Assembly: GCA_964503265.1 (NCBI GenBank)
Contig: CAZCYO010000003.1
Coordinates: 23,740-87,739, forward strand
Source: an uncultured Gammaproteobacteria bacterium
GTDB lineage: Bacteria; Patescibacteriota; Microgenomatia; Levybacterales; UBA12049
Length of the DNA: 64,000 nucleotides
Direction: 5' to 3'
This document shows, piece by piece, positions 27,132 through 35,480 of this stretch. Under the pieces are notes generated by a model that was not told where the DNA came from, did not search any database, and saw only the letters and a list, made by a program, of their open reading frames with translations. The first letter of the stretch is position 1. Every line of letters starts with the position of its first letter. The translations under genes were made by a program, and so were the position numbers.

Positions 27132-28175
27132 ATGGTAAAAGTTGCAATCAATGGATATGGAAGAATTGGGCGTGTAGCGCATCGTATCATCACACAGTGG
27201 CATGATAGTGAGATGGAGGTCGTAGCGATTAATGCTGGCTCCTCAACTGATCTGAAGGGCTGGATGTACCTTTTAAAGTACGATACCACCTATGGTCCAC
27301 TCGATATGGAAATGAGTGTGACAGAAAATACTGACGAATCTAAAAAAGATTTTCTGGGAACGATGAGTATTAATGGAAAAACTATTCAAGTCTATTCCCA
27401 AAGAGATCCGTCACTGCTTCCATGGAAAGATTTAGGCGTGGATGTCGTTATTGAATCGACGGGTGCTTTTTTAACCACTGAAAAGCTCCAACTTCATATT
27501 AATGCAGGCGCAAAAGCAGTTGTTCTCTCAGCTCCAGGAAAAGGCGATGAAGTCCCGACCTATGTTCTCTCGATTAACGATAATGAATATAAGGGAGAAA
27601 AAATTATTAGTAACGCGTCATGTACTACGAACTGCATAACTCCAGTCGCAAAGATTATTGATGAAGCATTTGGCATTGAAAAAGCGATGATGACCACAAT
27701 TCACGCGTATACCTCTGATCAAAATATTCATGATGGGGGACATAAAGACTATCGTCGAGCACGTGCTGCGGCTCAGAATATAATCCCGACCTCAAGTGGC
27801 GCGACACATGCAGCAGCCCAAGCATATCCAGCACTGAAAGATAAATTTGATGGATTAGCAATTCGAGTTCCTGTTCCTGTTGGCTCCTTGTCAGACTTCA
27901 CCTTTTTACTTAAGAGAGAGACAACTGTTGATGAGGTAAAGAAAGTGCTTAAAGATGCAGCAGCAACAGATGCATATAAGGGGATTGTTGAGATAAGTGA
28001 AGATCCGCTTGTTTCAAGTGACATCGTTGGTAACCCTCACTCATCCATTGTTGATTTGTCTTTGACACAGATTGTTGGTGGAAATATGCTTAAAGTTATT
28101 GCTTGGTACGATAATGAATACGGCTATGCAAATCGTCTTGTTGAACAGGTCCTCAGTATTTCAACCTCGTTATGA
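27132..28175 (+). CDS. gap: glyceraldehyde-3-phosphate dehydrogenase (type I)
   Basis: VKVAINGYGRIGR, ASCTTNC active-site motif. Confidence 0.9.
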   Translation: MVKVAINGYGRIGRVAHRIITQWHDSEMEVVAINAGSSTDLKGWMYLLKYDTTYGPLDMEMSVTENTDESKKDFLGTMSINGKTIQVYSQRDPSLLPWKDLGVDVVIESTGAFLTTEKLQLHINAGAKAVVLSAPGKGDEVPTYVLSINDNEYKGEKIISNASCTTNCITPVAKIIDEAFGIEKAMMTTIHAYTSDQNIHDGGHKDYRRARAAAQNIIPTSSGATHAAAQAYPALKDKFDGLAIRVPVPVGSLSDFTFLLKRETTVDEVKKVLKDAAATDAYKGIVEISEDPLVSSDIVGNPHSSIVDLSLTQIVGGNMLKVIAWYDNEYGYANRLVEQVLSISTSL

Positions 28176-28831
28176 GCGATAAGGATATCTTCTCAGAGCT
28201 CGATGCTCAAAAATCACATAGCGTATTACTTGTTTTGACAGGTCCAAGTGGGTCTGGAAAAGACACAGTTATTAGTGAACTAACGCATCTTCGTGCTGAT
28301 TTTGTCAAAATTATTACCACTACGAGTCGCCCCATGCGTGAAGGTGAGCAAGAAGGAAAACCATATCATTTTATTTCTCGAGAAGAATTTGAAACGCTTA
28401 TTTCAGAAGATGCTTTTTTTGAATGGGTAGAATTTAGAGGTGAGCTCTATGGTACACAAAATAAAACACTCACTGAAGCATTTTCAAGTGGCAACGATGT
28501 TATTTGGAAAATTGAAGCAAAAGGAATTAAAAATACGAAAGAAAAAGTAAAACGAATGATGCCTCGATCAGTATTTGTCTATTTAGGTGCACCAGATATT
28601 GAGACATTAAAAAAACGTGTATTTATCGCTGAAGGAGAACACGCGAATATCAGGTGGAATGAAGCACTTGTTCTCTGGGAAATGAAACAGTTTGATGATT
28701 GCGAATATTTAGTTATGAATAAAGATGGAGAAATTGAAAAAACAGTTGCAGCAGTTGCATCGATTATAGAAGCAAAACGAGTAGAGATCTCAGTCTCACG
28801 GGAGAAGTCACTAATTGCAAACTCGCTATAG
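28172..28831 (+). CDS. gmk: guanylate kinase
   Basis: LTGPSGSGKDTV P-loop, TTTSRPMREGEQEGKPYHFISREEF...GELYGT. Confidence 0.8.
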   Translation: MSDKDIFSELDAQKSHSVLLVLTGPSGSGKDTVISELTHLRADFVKIITTTSRPMREGEQEGKPYHFISREEFETLISEDAFFEWVEFRGELYGTQNKTLTEAFSSGNDVIWKIEAKGIKNTKEKVKRMMPRSVFVYLGAPDIETLKKRVFIAEGEHANIRWNEALVLWEMKQFDDCEYLVMNKDGEIEKTVAAVASIIEAKRVEISVSREKSLIANSL

Positions 28832-28852
28832 TTGTGCTAGCCTTCACCTAGT

Positions 28853-29410
28853 ATGAAAGCGCTTATATTAGGGTTAGTATTATTACTTCTCCTAGGCCAT
28901 GTCCCTGTTTTTGCTCAAGAAATGAGTTCAGACTCAGCTGGACTAACTACTATCGCCTCAATTGACTACACGCTTCCATATCCGGGTATTTTGCCAGATA
29001 ACCCACTCTATCCACTAAAGGCATTTCGAGATAGAGTTGTAAGCCTCTTAATCGCTGACCCCGTCAAAAAATCTCTTTTTAATTTACTCCAAGCAGACAA
29101 GCGGCTTCAGAGCGCTGTCTACTTGTTATATTCGAACGATGAGAAACATATACAACTTGCTGAAACAACGATCTCAAAAGGACAAAACTACTTTGAAGAA
29201 GCTGTTTCCCAAATAGAAACTGCTCGTAAACGTGGAAGGCATGTATCGACAGAAATTCGAGAATTGACAGTAGCTGCACAAAAACATGAAGAAGTCTTAA
29301 CTGGGCTTATCGGGCAGGTTCCAGAGAAAGAAAAACCAACTTTTATCGCATTTAAACAGCGGATACTACATCTTCAAGATATCCTCTCTCGTCTTCCTAA
29401 GACCAAATAA
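28853..29410 (+). CDS. secreted hypothetical protein (signal peptide, helical)
   Basis: MKALILGLVLLLLLGHVPVFAQ signal peptide. No catalytic motif. Confidence 0.4.
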   Translation: MKALILGLVLLLLLGHVPVFAQEMSSDSAGLTTIASIDYTLPYPGILPDNPLYPLKAFRDRVVSLLIADPVKKSLFNLLQADKRLQSAVYLLYSNDEKHIQLAETTISKGQNYFEEAVSQIETARKRGRHVSTEIRELTVAAQKHEEVLTGLIGQVPEKEKPTFIAFKQRILHLQDILSRLPKTK

Positions 29411-29469
29411 GCTTTTCAGCTAATTGTAAGAAAATTACTATAAGGAAACCCCTCACGCACGTTGATAAT

Positions 29470-29515
29470 CTTTGATATAGATAGTGACAATTGACGCTAG
29501 ACTAGTAGTGTCTTA
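29470..29515 (+). promoter_or_regulatory. candidate tandem NrdR boxes upstream of nrdR-nrdJ
   Basis: TTGATATAGATAGTGACAA and GACTAGTAGTGTC resemble the NrdR-box palindrome acaCwAtATaTwGtgt. Match is partial. Confidence 0.3.
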
Positions 29516-29608
29516 TGATTTTCTTATCACTACATACAGTGACTGCTCAGCAATCTTTGGCAGGAAGATGAGTACGACGGACTAAGAAGAAGGGAAGAGT
29601 TAGTAATC

Positions 29609-30055
29609 ATGCACTGCCCATATTGTGGAAATAGAGAATCTGAAGTAGTTGAGACACGTGATAACGTTGATCTTAACACGATTAGAAGAAGAAGAGCATG
29701 TTTGCAGTGTATTAAACGGTTTACAACGTACGAGCGGGTAGAAAATGTTTACTTGCTAGTGATAAAAAAAGACGGACGACGCGAGCAGTTTAATAGAGAA
29801 AAATTAAAAACTGGACTCTTTAGAGCTTGTGAGAAGACTCGTGTGTCGCACGATATCATTGAAAAAATTGTCAGTGATATTGAACGCGAACTTAGATGTG
29901 CAGAGTCTATTGAAGTGAAAAGTGATGAAATCGGTGAGCGAGTCGCAAGTAAATTAAAACTTGTCGATAAAGTCGCCTATATTCGCTTCTCAAGTGTCTT
30001 TAAACACTTTGTTGCAGTTGAAGATTTTGAAAAAAAAGTAAAGGAATTACAATAA
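29609..30055 (+). CDS. nrdR: transcriptional repressor NrdR
   Basis: MHCPYCG...ETRDN...RRRRAC..C N-terminal zinc ribbon plus ATP-cone. Confidence 0.9.
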   Translation: MHCPYCGNRESEVVETRDNVDLNTIRRRRACLQCIKRFTTYERVENVYLLVIKKDGRREQFNREKLKTGLFRACEKTRVSHDIIEKIVSDIERELRCAESIEVKSDEIGERVASKLKLVDKVAYIRFSSVFKHFVAVEDFEKKVKELQ

Positions 30056-30056
30056 T

Positions 30057-32525
30057 ATGGCACAACAATTAGACGGACTGAGAAAAAAAGTATTTTTAGA
30101 TCGATATGCGCTTAAAGGCGAAGATGGTGGCTTACTTGAAAGTACTCCTGAAGAGATGTGGAGACGCGTCGCGAAAGGAATTGCTGTCACAGAGAAAAAA
30201 GCCGATCGCAAGAAATGGGAAAAAGAATTCTACCGTGTCATGGAAGATTTCAAATTTGTTCCAGCAGGTCGTATCCTCTCTGGTGCGGGAACCGGATACC
30301 AGGTCACCTACTTTAATTGTTTCGTTATCCCATCTCCTCAAGATTCACGTCACGGAATTTTAGAAGCACTTGGTCAACTCGTTGAGATTCAGGCTCGCTC
30401 AGGTGGCGTTGGACTTAATCTTTCATCCCTTCGACCTAAAGGTGCGCGCGTTAAGAAAGTAAATGGTACGTCATCTGGGCCTGTGAACTGGGCGACGCTT
30501 TTCTCAGTTGCTACGCATGATATCGTTCAACAAGGTGGATCACGTCGTGGCGCAACCATGCTTATGCTCTGGGATTGGCATCCAGATATTGAAGAGTTTA
30601 TTACCGTTAAACAGGATCTATCAAAAATTAATGGTGCTAATCTCTCTGTTTGTGTATCTGATGGCTTTATGGAAGCTGTTAAAAATGATCGTGATTGGGA
30701 ACTTGTGTATCCAGATATTACTGATCCACGATACGACGATGAATGGAGAGGAGATCTGCCAAAGTGGAAAGAAATGGGTGGGCAAGTTATAGTCTATAAA
30801 ACTGTTAAAGCTCGATATCTTTGGGATTTGATTTGTGAAGCTGCATGGAGATCTGCAGAACCTGGCCTTCATTTCATGGAGCGATCAAACAAAAGAAGTA
30901 ACACTTGGTATTTTGAACGTCTCGTTGCGACAAATCCATGCGGCGAACAGCCACTTGGGCCATGGGCTGTGTGTAATCTTGGTGCCATGAATTTAAGTGC
31001 GTATGTTAAAGGCGGTGACCTTGCAAGTGAAAAACCAGGAGTGTTTGATTATGAAGAATTTGCAAAAGACACACGAACTGCGCTAAGACTTCTCGATAAT
31101 GTCATTGATCAAACATATTACTTTTTTAAAGAAAATGAAAAATGTGCGAAAGATATTCGACGAACTGGCCTTGGGGTTATGGGCGTAGGTGATGCTTTAA
31201 TAAAAATGAATATTAAATACGGATCTGAAGAATCTCTTCCCGTGCTTGATAAGATTTTTAAAACACTTCGTGATAATGCATACGAAGCATCGACAGAAAT
31301 TGCCGTTGAAAAAGGCGCATTCCCGATGTTTGATAAAGAAAAATACATGCAGGGATATCATATTCAGAATCTCTCAGCTGAAACACGAAAGCATATTGAA
31401 GAGCGTGGTATTCGAAATGCAGTATTGTTAACAATTGCTCCGACAGGGACGACATCACTCGTCTCAGGTGTATCAAGTGGTATTGAGCCAGTCTACGAAT
31501 TCTCCTTCCTTCGTCGCTGGAGAGGTGGAGAAGAGATTGTGTATCATCCATTATTTGAAGAGTGGAAAAAAGCACATCCTGACACAGAAGAACGACCAGA
31601 GTACTTTGTTGGCGCAAATGATTTAACTCCACTTGAGCATGTTAGTGTCCAGGCCGTAGCGCAGCAATACATTGATTCTTCTATCTCAAAAACGGTAAAT
31701 GCTCCTAACGCTCATGCGATTGATGATGTTAAAACACTCTATATGATGGCATATGATATGGGTCTTAAAGGGGTTACGTATATGAGAGATGGTTCACGTG
31801 TGGGAGTACTCGAGCGTGTTGAAGAAAAGAAAGAAGTAAAAGTAGAGGAATCAAAACCAATTATTCCAGTGACGCCTCGCGTTTCACGTCCGATGATGCT
31901 TGAGGGAACGACATATAAATCTGAAAGCCCAAGTGGAAAAATGTATGTAACGATAAATCATGATGAGAACAACCAACCATTTGAAGTCTTTATTAATAAT
32001 GGAAAATCAGGGTCAGACGTTATGGCGATGGCTGATGCGCTTGGCCGTATGATCTCATTTGTGCTTCGTATTCATAGTACTGTCCCACAGAGGGAGCGAA
32101 TTCGAGAAATTGTGTCAGAACTCACAGGTCTTGGTGGCGCGCGAAGTATAGGATTTGGTGAAAACCGTGTTCGGTCACTTCCTGATGCTGTTGCAAAAGT
32201 ACTTTCTCGTCATTTTGACTTTAGAGTAAATGGGAAAGTAGAAGATCGAGTTATTCTTCCAATCACAGCAGACGCTGTAGCTGCAGAAAGTGCTGCTCCG
32301 GTCGTTGAATCTACTACACACATAAATGGTAATGCAAATGGACATAGTAGTACTGCTGTAAATACTCCTGGACAAATGGCAATTTTGCATACAGATGTAC
32401 CAGAAAAGTCAGCTTCCTATGCTTCTACAAGTCTTTTTGATATCTGCCCCGAATGCGGCTCTGCTACGCTTGCGTATGAAGAAGGTTGTCGAAAATGCTA
32501 TAGCTGTGGACACTCAGAGTGCTAG
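30057..32525 (+). CDS. nrdJ: class II (adenosylcobalamin-dependent) ribonucleotide reductase with C-terminal zinc ribbon
   Basis: 822 aa. NPCGEQPL active-site motif. C-terminal CPECGS...CRKCYSCGHSEC. Confidence 0.85.
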   Translation: MAQQLDGLRKKVFLDRYALKGEDGGLLESTPEEMWRRVAKGIAVTEKKADRKKWEKEFYRVMEDFKFVPAGRILSGAGTGYQVTYFNCFVIPSPQDSRHGILEALGQLVEIQARSGGVGLNLSSLRPKGARVKKVNGTSSGPVNWATLFSVATHDIVQQGGSRRGATMLMLWDWHPDIEEFITVKQDLSKINGANLSVCVSDGFMEAVKNDRDWELVYPDITDPRYDDEWRGDLPKWKEMGGQVIVYKTVKARYLWDLICEAAWRSAEPGLHFMERSNKRSNTWYFERLVATNPCGEQPLGPWAVCNLGAMNLSAYVKGGDLASEKPGVFDYEEFAKDTRTALRLLDNVIDQTYYFFKENEKCAKDIRRTGLGVMGVGDALIKMNIKYGSEESLPVLDKIFKTLRDNAYEASTEIAVEKGAFPMFDKEKYMQGYHIQNLSAETRKHIEERGIRNAVLLTIAPTGTTSLVSGVSSGIEPVYEFSFLRRWRGGEEIVYHPLFEEWKKAHPDTEERPEYFVGANDLTPLEHVSVQAVAQQYIDSSISKTVNAPNAHAIDDVKTLYMMAYDMGLKGVTYMRDGSRVGVLERVEEKKEVKVEESKPIIPVTPRVSRPMMLEGTTYKSESPSGKMYVTINHDENNQPFEVFINNGKSGSDVMAMADALGRMISFVLRIHSTVPQRERIREIVSELTGLGGARSIGFGENRVRSLPDAVAKVLSRHFDFRVNGKVEDRVILPITADAVAAESAAPVVESTTHINGNANGHSSTAVNTPGQMAILHTDVPEKSASYASTSLFDICPECGSATLAYEEGCRKCYSCGHSEC

Positions 32526-32624
32526 AGGCATCCGAATTGCTACGAATTATATTCGAATACATTGATGTAATTAGTAGAAATTAGGATATCTTTAGTTATT
32601 CGAAATTATTCGTAGCTAGGTACT

Positions 32625-32800
32625 GTGTTGGAAAAGTATAGGAAATCACGATGAAATTTCGTGACTGTGCCGCAACTGTGAAAGTCAGAAAACTATACTT
32701 AAGTCGTTTCATTCCCGAGCAGGAGTATTCAAGTATAGTAATCTTGTAATCCTTCTTAGGAATTGTTTTTTCTAAAGAAGGATTTTTTGTAAGAATTCTC
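32625..32800 (+). promoter_or_regulatory. cobalamin riboswitch-like leader (compact variant) with intrinsic terminator, upstream of pduO-type gene
   Basis: GGAAATCACGATGAAATTTCGTGACTGTGCCGCAACTGTGAAAGTCAGAAAAC contains the CCGCaACUGU core and an AGUCAG B12-box-like element. Followed by the terminator TCCTTCTTAG...CTAAAGAAGGATTTTTT (32757-32797). Confidence 0.5.
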
Positions 32801-32840
32801 CTTTTCGAAAAAATCTCGTTAGTATACTGCCTCATACGTT

Positions 32841-33410
32841 ATGCCAATTTATACAAAAACAGGAGATCGTGGCCAAACCTCACTTATGGGTGGAGTTCGC
32901 ACGTCAAAATCAAGCTTACGTGTCGAGACATACGGTACTGTCGATGAACTGAATAGTATTGTTGGCGTGGTTATTGCACATTTACCCGCTAAAAACACAC
33001 CATTTGAGGAAGCCCTTGAAGCGATTCAGCATGATTTACTTGAAATCGGTGCAAGCCTGGCAAATCCACAATCAGCTCCATTAACATATTTATTTGATCG
33101 AGTAACAGAGTTTGAAAAAATGATTGATGAATTTACGACAAATCTTCCTGAACTAACTCATTTTATTTTGCCAGGTGGAGGCGTGACAGGTGCATCGCTT
33201 CATCACGCACGTACGATTTGTCGCCGACTTGAACGAGTGCTTGTACGACTTCAAGACAAAGAGCCTATTGATGCAACGATTGTGATGTATGTTAATAGGT
33301 TATCTGACCTCTTTTTCACTATGGCGCGATTTACGAATCATCTGACAGGAGAAAAAGAAACAGTATGGATCTCACGAAAACAATCTATTACTAGTAAAAA
33401 AAGTAAATAA
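32841..33410 (+). CDS. PduO-type ATP:cob(I)alamin adenosyltransferase
   Basis: MPIYTKTGDRGQTSLMGG...RVETYGTVDELNS matches the PduO/MMAB N-terminal signature. Confidence 0.85.
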   Translation: MPIYTKTGDRGQTSLMGGVRTSKSSLRVETYGTVDELNSIVGVVIAHLPAKNTPFEEALEAIQHDLLEIGASLANPQSAPLTYLFDRVTEFEKMIDEFTTNLPELTHFILPGGGVTGASLHHARTICRRLERVLVRLQDKEPIDATIVMYVNRLSDLFFTMARFTNHLTGEKETVWISRKQSITSKKSK

Positions 33411-33414
33411 CCTG

Positions 33415-33550
33415 GTGAATCTGGTGTAATTCCAGAACTGTGCCGCAACTGTGAAGTCCCGATCTCTATCGGGAATAAGTCAGATCCCGATGTGAATCTT
33501 CCGAGCAGAAGTAGATTTTTCTACACTCCTTGGAAGCAAGGAGTTTTTTT
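33415..33550 (+). promoter_or_regulatory. cobalamin riboswitch (core GGUG.AA.UCC...GCCGCAACUGU...AGUCAG) with terminator/SD-sequestering hairpin
   Basis: CTGGTGAATCTGGTGTAATTCCAGAACTGTGCCGCAACTGTGAAGTCCCGATCTCTATCGGGAATAAGTCAGATCCCG. Expression platform CTCCTTG-GAAG-CAAGGAG + TTTTTTT ends 1 nt before the ATG, and the AAGGAG Shine-Dalgarno lies inside the hairpin. Confidence 0.6.
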
Positions 33551-34912
33551 ATGCCTGTAGAAGTATTACAACAATTATCCGAAGCAGAACGAGTAAGTCC
33601 ATCAAAGATAAAAACAGATGAGGCACATGATTTTCTTGGAGAAAAAAAGCAGCAACCATATCTTCAAAAACAAGATATGTATGAATCTGAAGTTATAAAG
33701 GTGCAACCAAAGACACTTAAAGAATATGTTGCGTTTTTTGATAAAGAAATGCGGTCATCGGAGCTACCCTGGTATACGTTAGATAATAAAGTTGGATTTA
33801 GTATGAAATCACAAATGCAATTACTTGATATGAAAGATACGTCTTCTGTGGATAGATGGGCTGTTCAAACCAAACAAGATTTACTTGGGTTTTGTCTCGA
33901 ATATTTATCAGATAAGTTAGTCTATCCGTATAAATATGAAGAGGTAACATTACCAAATGGCGAAGCATCTCTTCGTGATACAAAATATGGTAAAGACATT
34001 CTTGAAACGACATCAGCTAAAGAACGAAATGGAAGTGTACTTGATGCACTTAAAGAAGTAAAAACGTTTTTTGTTAGGGAGGCTGGAGATACAGAAAAGC
34101 CATCAGGGAAAGCTGAGCAATCTATTGCTGTTATGTGTAGTCCTCTTGGACCAAGTGGGCTTGAAACAGATAATGGAGAATCGATTCATTACCCTGATTC
34201 GTATTGGTTTATTTTTGAAAGAAAAGGAAAGGAAATTCGGGGTGTTACGATACGAACGGATTTTACGATAACAGAATGTCGTGAAGCTTTGCGTATGTTA
34301 ACAGGAAAAGTTCTTCCCGAAGGTTCACTTCTTGAAGATTATGCGAGAGCTTTGACATGTATCCCTGGCGAAAAACAAAAAACCGCATTTGATATTGTTG
34401 ATACATTACGACAAGCTCGGGCACATGTGACAGAAAATACGAAAACTGTATTTGGTGATAAAAAATGGGACGAAGTTATATCCGACATGAAACAAGGGCA
34501 ATCACTCTATGAATTTAACGATAAGACTAAAGATGTCATAAAAGAATTTGAAGAGTATGTTACGACGAACCAGCTTTCACAGTTAGACATTCAAAAAGCA
34601 CTTGCTGCCACATTCTTACGACTTTCAAAGCTGTTTATCCTGTCAGAAGAAGATCAGGAATCGCTTACTGAAAATGGCGAGTTATTTGAGGAAATTCTTA
34701 CTCGAGTAGCATCAATTCCTGGATGTGCGGGTGGAGGCGGTGGAGTGACCGCTGTTGAATCTGCGGGTGGAATTCGGTTAGGAATGTTACAAGAAAAAAC
34801 ACTTAAATGTAAAGAATGCCCGTTATGTAAAGAGAAAGATATTGTTGCTACCATTTCAAATGGAAAAATAACCTGCCCAAAATGTGGCAAGTCTGCTCCG
34901 TATGATTGCTAG
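33551..34912 (+). CDS. hypothetical protein with C-terminal CxxC...CxxC zinc ribbon; riboswitch-controlled
   Basis: I chose the start at MPVEVL, after the riboswitch terminator. The C-terminus is GGGGG linker then CKECPLC...CPKCGK. No other motif recognised. Confidence 0.45.
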   Translation: MPVEVLQQLSEAERVSPSKIKTDEAHDFLGEKKQQPYLQKQDMYESEVIKVQPKTLKEYVAFFDKEMRSSELPWYTLDNKVGFSMKSQMQLLDMKDTSSVDRWAVQTKQDLLGFCLEYLSDKLVYPYKYEEVTLPNGEASLRDTKYGKDILETTSAKERNGSVLDALKEVKTFFVREAGDTEKPSGKAEQSIAVMCSPLGPSGLETDNGESIHYPDSYWFIFERKGKEIRGVTIRTDFTITECREALRMLTGKVLPEGSLLEDYARALTCIPGEKQKTAFDIVDTLRQARAHVTENTKTVFGDKKWDEVISDMKQGQSLYEFNDKTKDVIKEFEEYVTTNQLSQLDIQKALAATFLRLSKLFILSEEDQESLTENGELFEEILTRVASIPGCAGGGGGVTAVESAGGIRLGMLQEKTLKCKECPLCKEKDIVATISNGKITCPKCGKSAPYDC

Positions 34913-34961
34913 GAAGGAGGGATTCATTGTTTGAAGGCAGCGGCCGTGATAAGATAACATT

Positions 34962-35480
34962 ATGGATAATACTGCTCAAAACCAAGCTCAAACAGTACCA
35001 GTTGCGTCTCAGCCCTCCCAACCGGTGACGCCTGTTGCTCAGCCACAAGCAGAATCAATTACTCAGCCAGTAGCGCTTGATCAACCCCAGACACAGGTTC
35101 AAGCGACTCCTATAGCTCCTGTTAGTCTTCCGCATCGTGAAGCAGGACCTGGACTTGGACGAATGAATGAACTTATGATGCCGAGTGAGGTTGCGCCTGT
35201 ACTTTCAGCTGAAGTAAAAGCAGCAGGAGTTGAGGTGTCTGCAGACCGTGAGCAACCAGTTGTTCCAGCAGACGTGGCTCAGGCTGGTGTTCAGCCTGCT
35301 AAAGCTGCAGTCCCAATGCACACTGTAACAGGATCAAACGTACAATATATTACGAATGCACCATTTGGTCCTGAAGAAGCAATAAAATTCGAAAAATCGA
35401 CACGAGCTTCTGATAGTATACGGTGGCTCGCAACTTTTTTATTGAGACAAGTAAAAAAAGTAGCGATTTTTGGAAAATAA
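34962..35480 (+). CDS. Pro/Gln/Ala-rich low-complexity protein, unknown function
   Basis: 172 aa. Overlaps the start of the downstream ATPase gene by 11 nt. Confidence 0.35.
   Translation: MDNTAQNQAQTVPVASQPSQPVTPVAQPQAESITQPVALDQPQTQVQATPIAPVSLPHREAGPGLGRMNELMMPSEVAPVLSAEVKAAGVEVSADREQPVVPADVAQAGVQPAKAAVPMHTVTGSNVQYITNAPFGPEEAIKFEKSTRASDSIRWLATFLLRQVKKVAIFGK

Noticed and set aside
33530-33550. First ATG of the ORF track at 33530 as the start of the riboswitch-controlled gene
   Set aside because: That ATG lies inside the riboswitch terminator hairpin (ATGGAAGCAAGGAG). The next ATG at 33551 has a properly spaced AAGGAG Shine-Dalgarno and is the likelier start.
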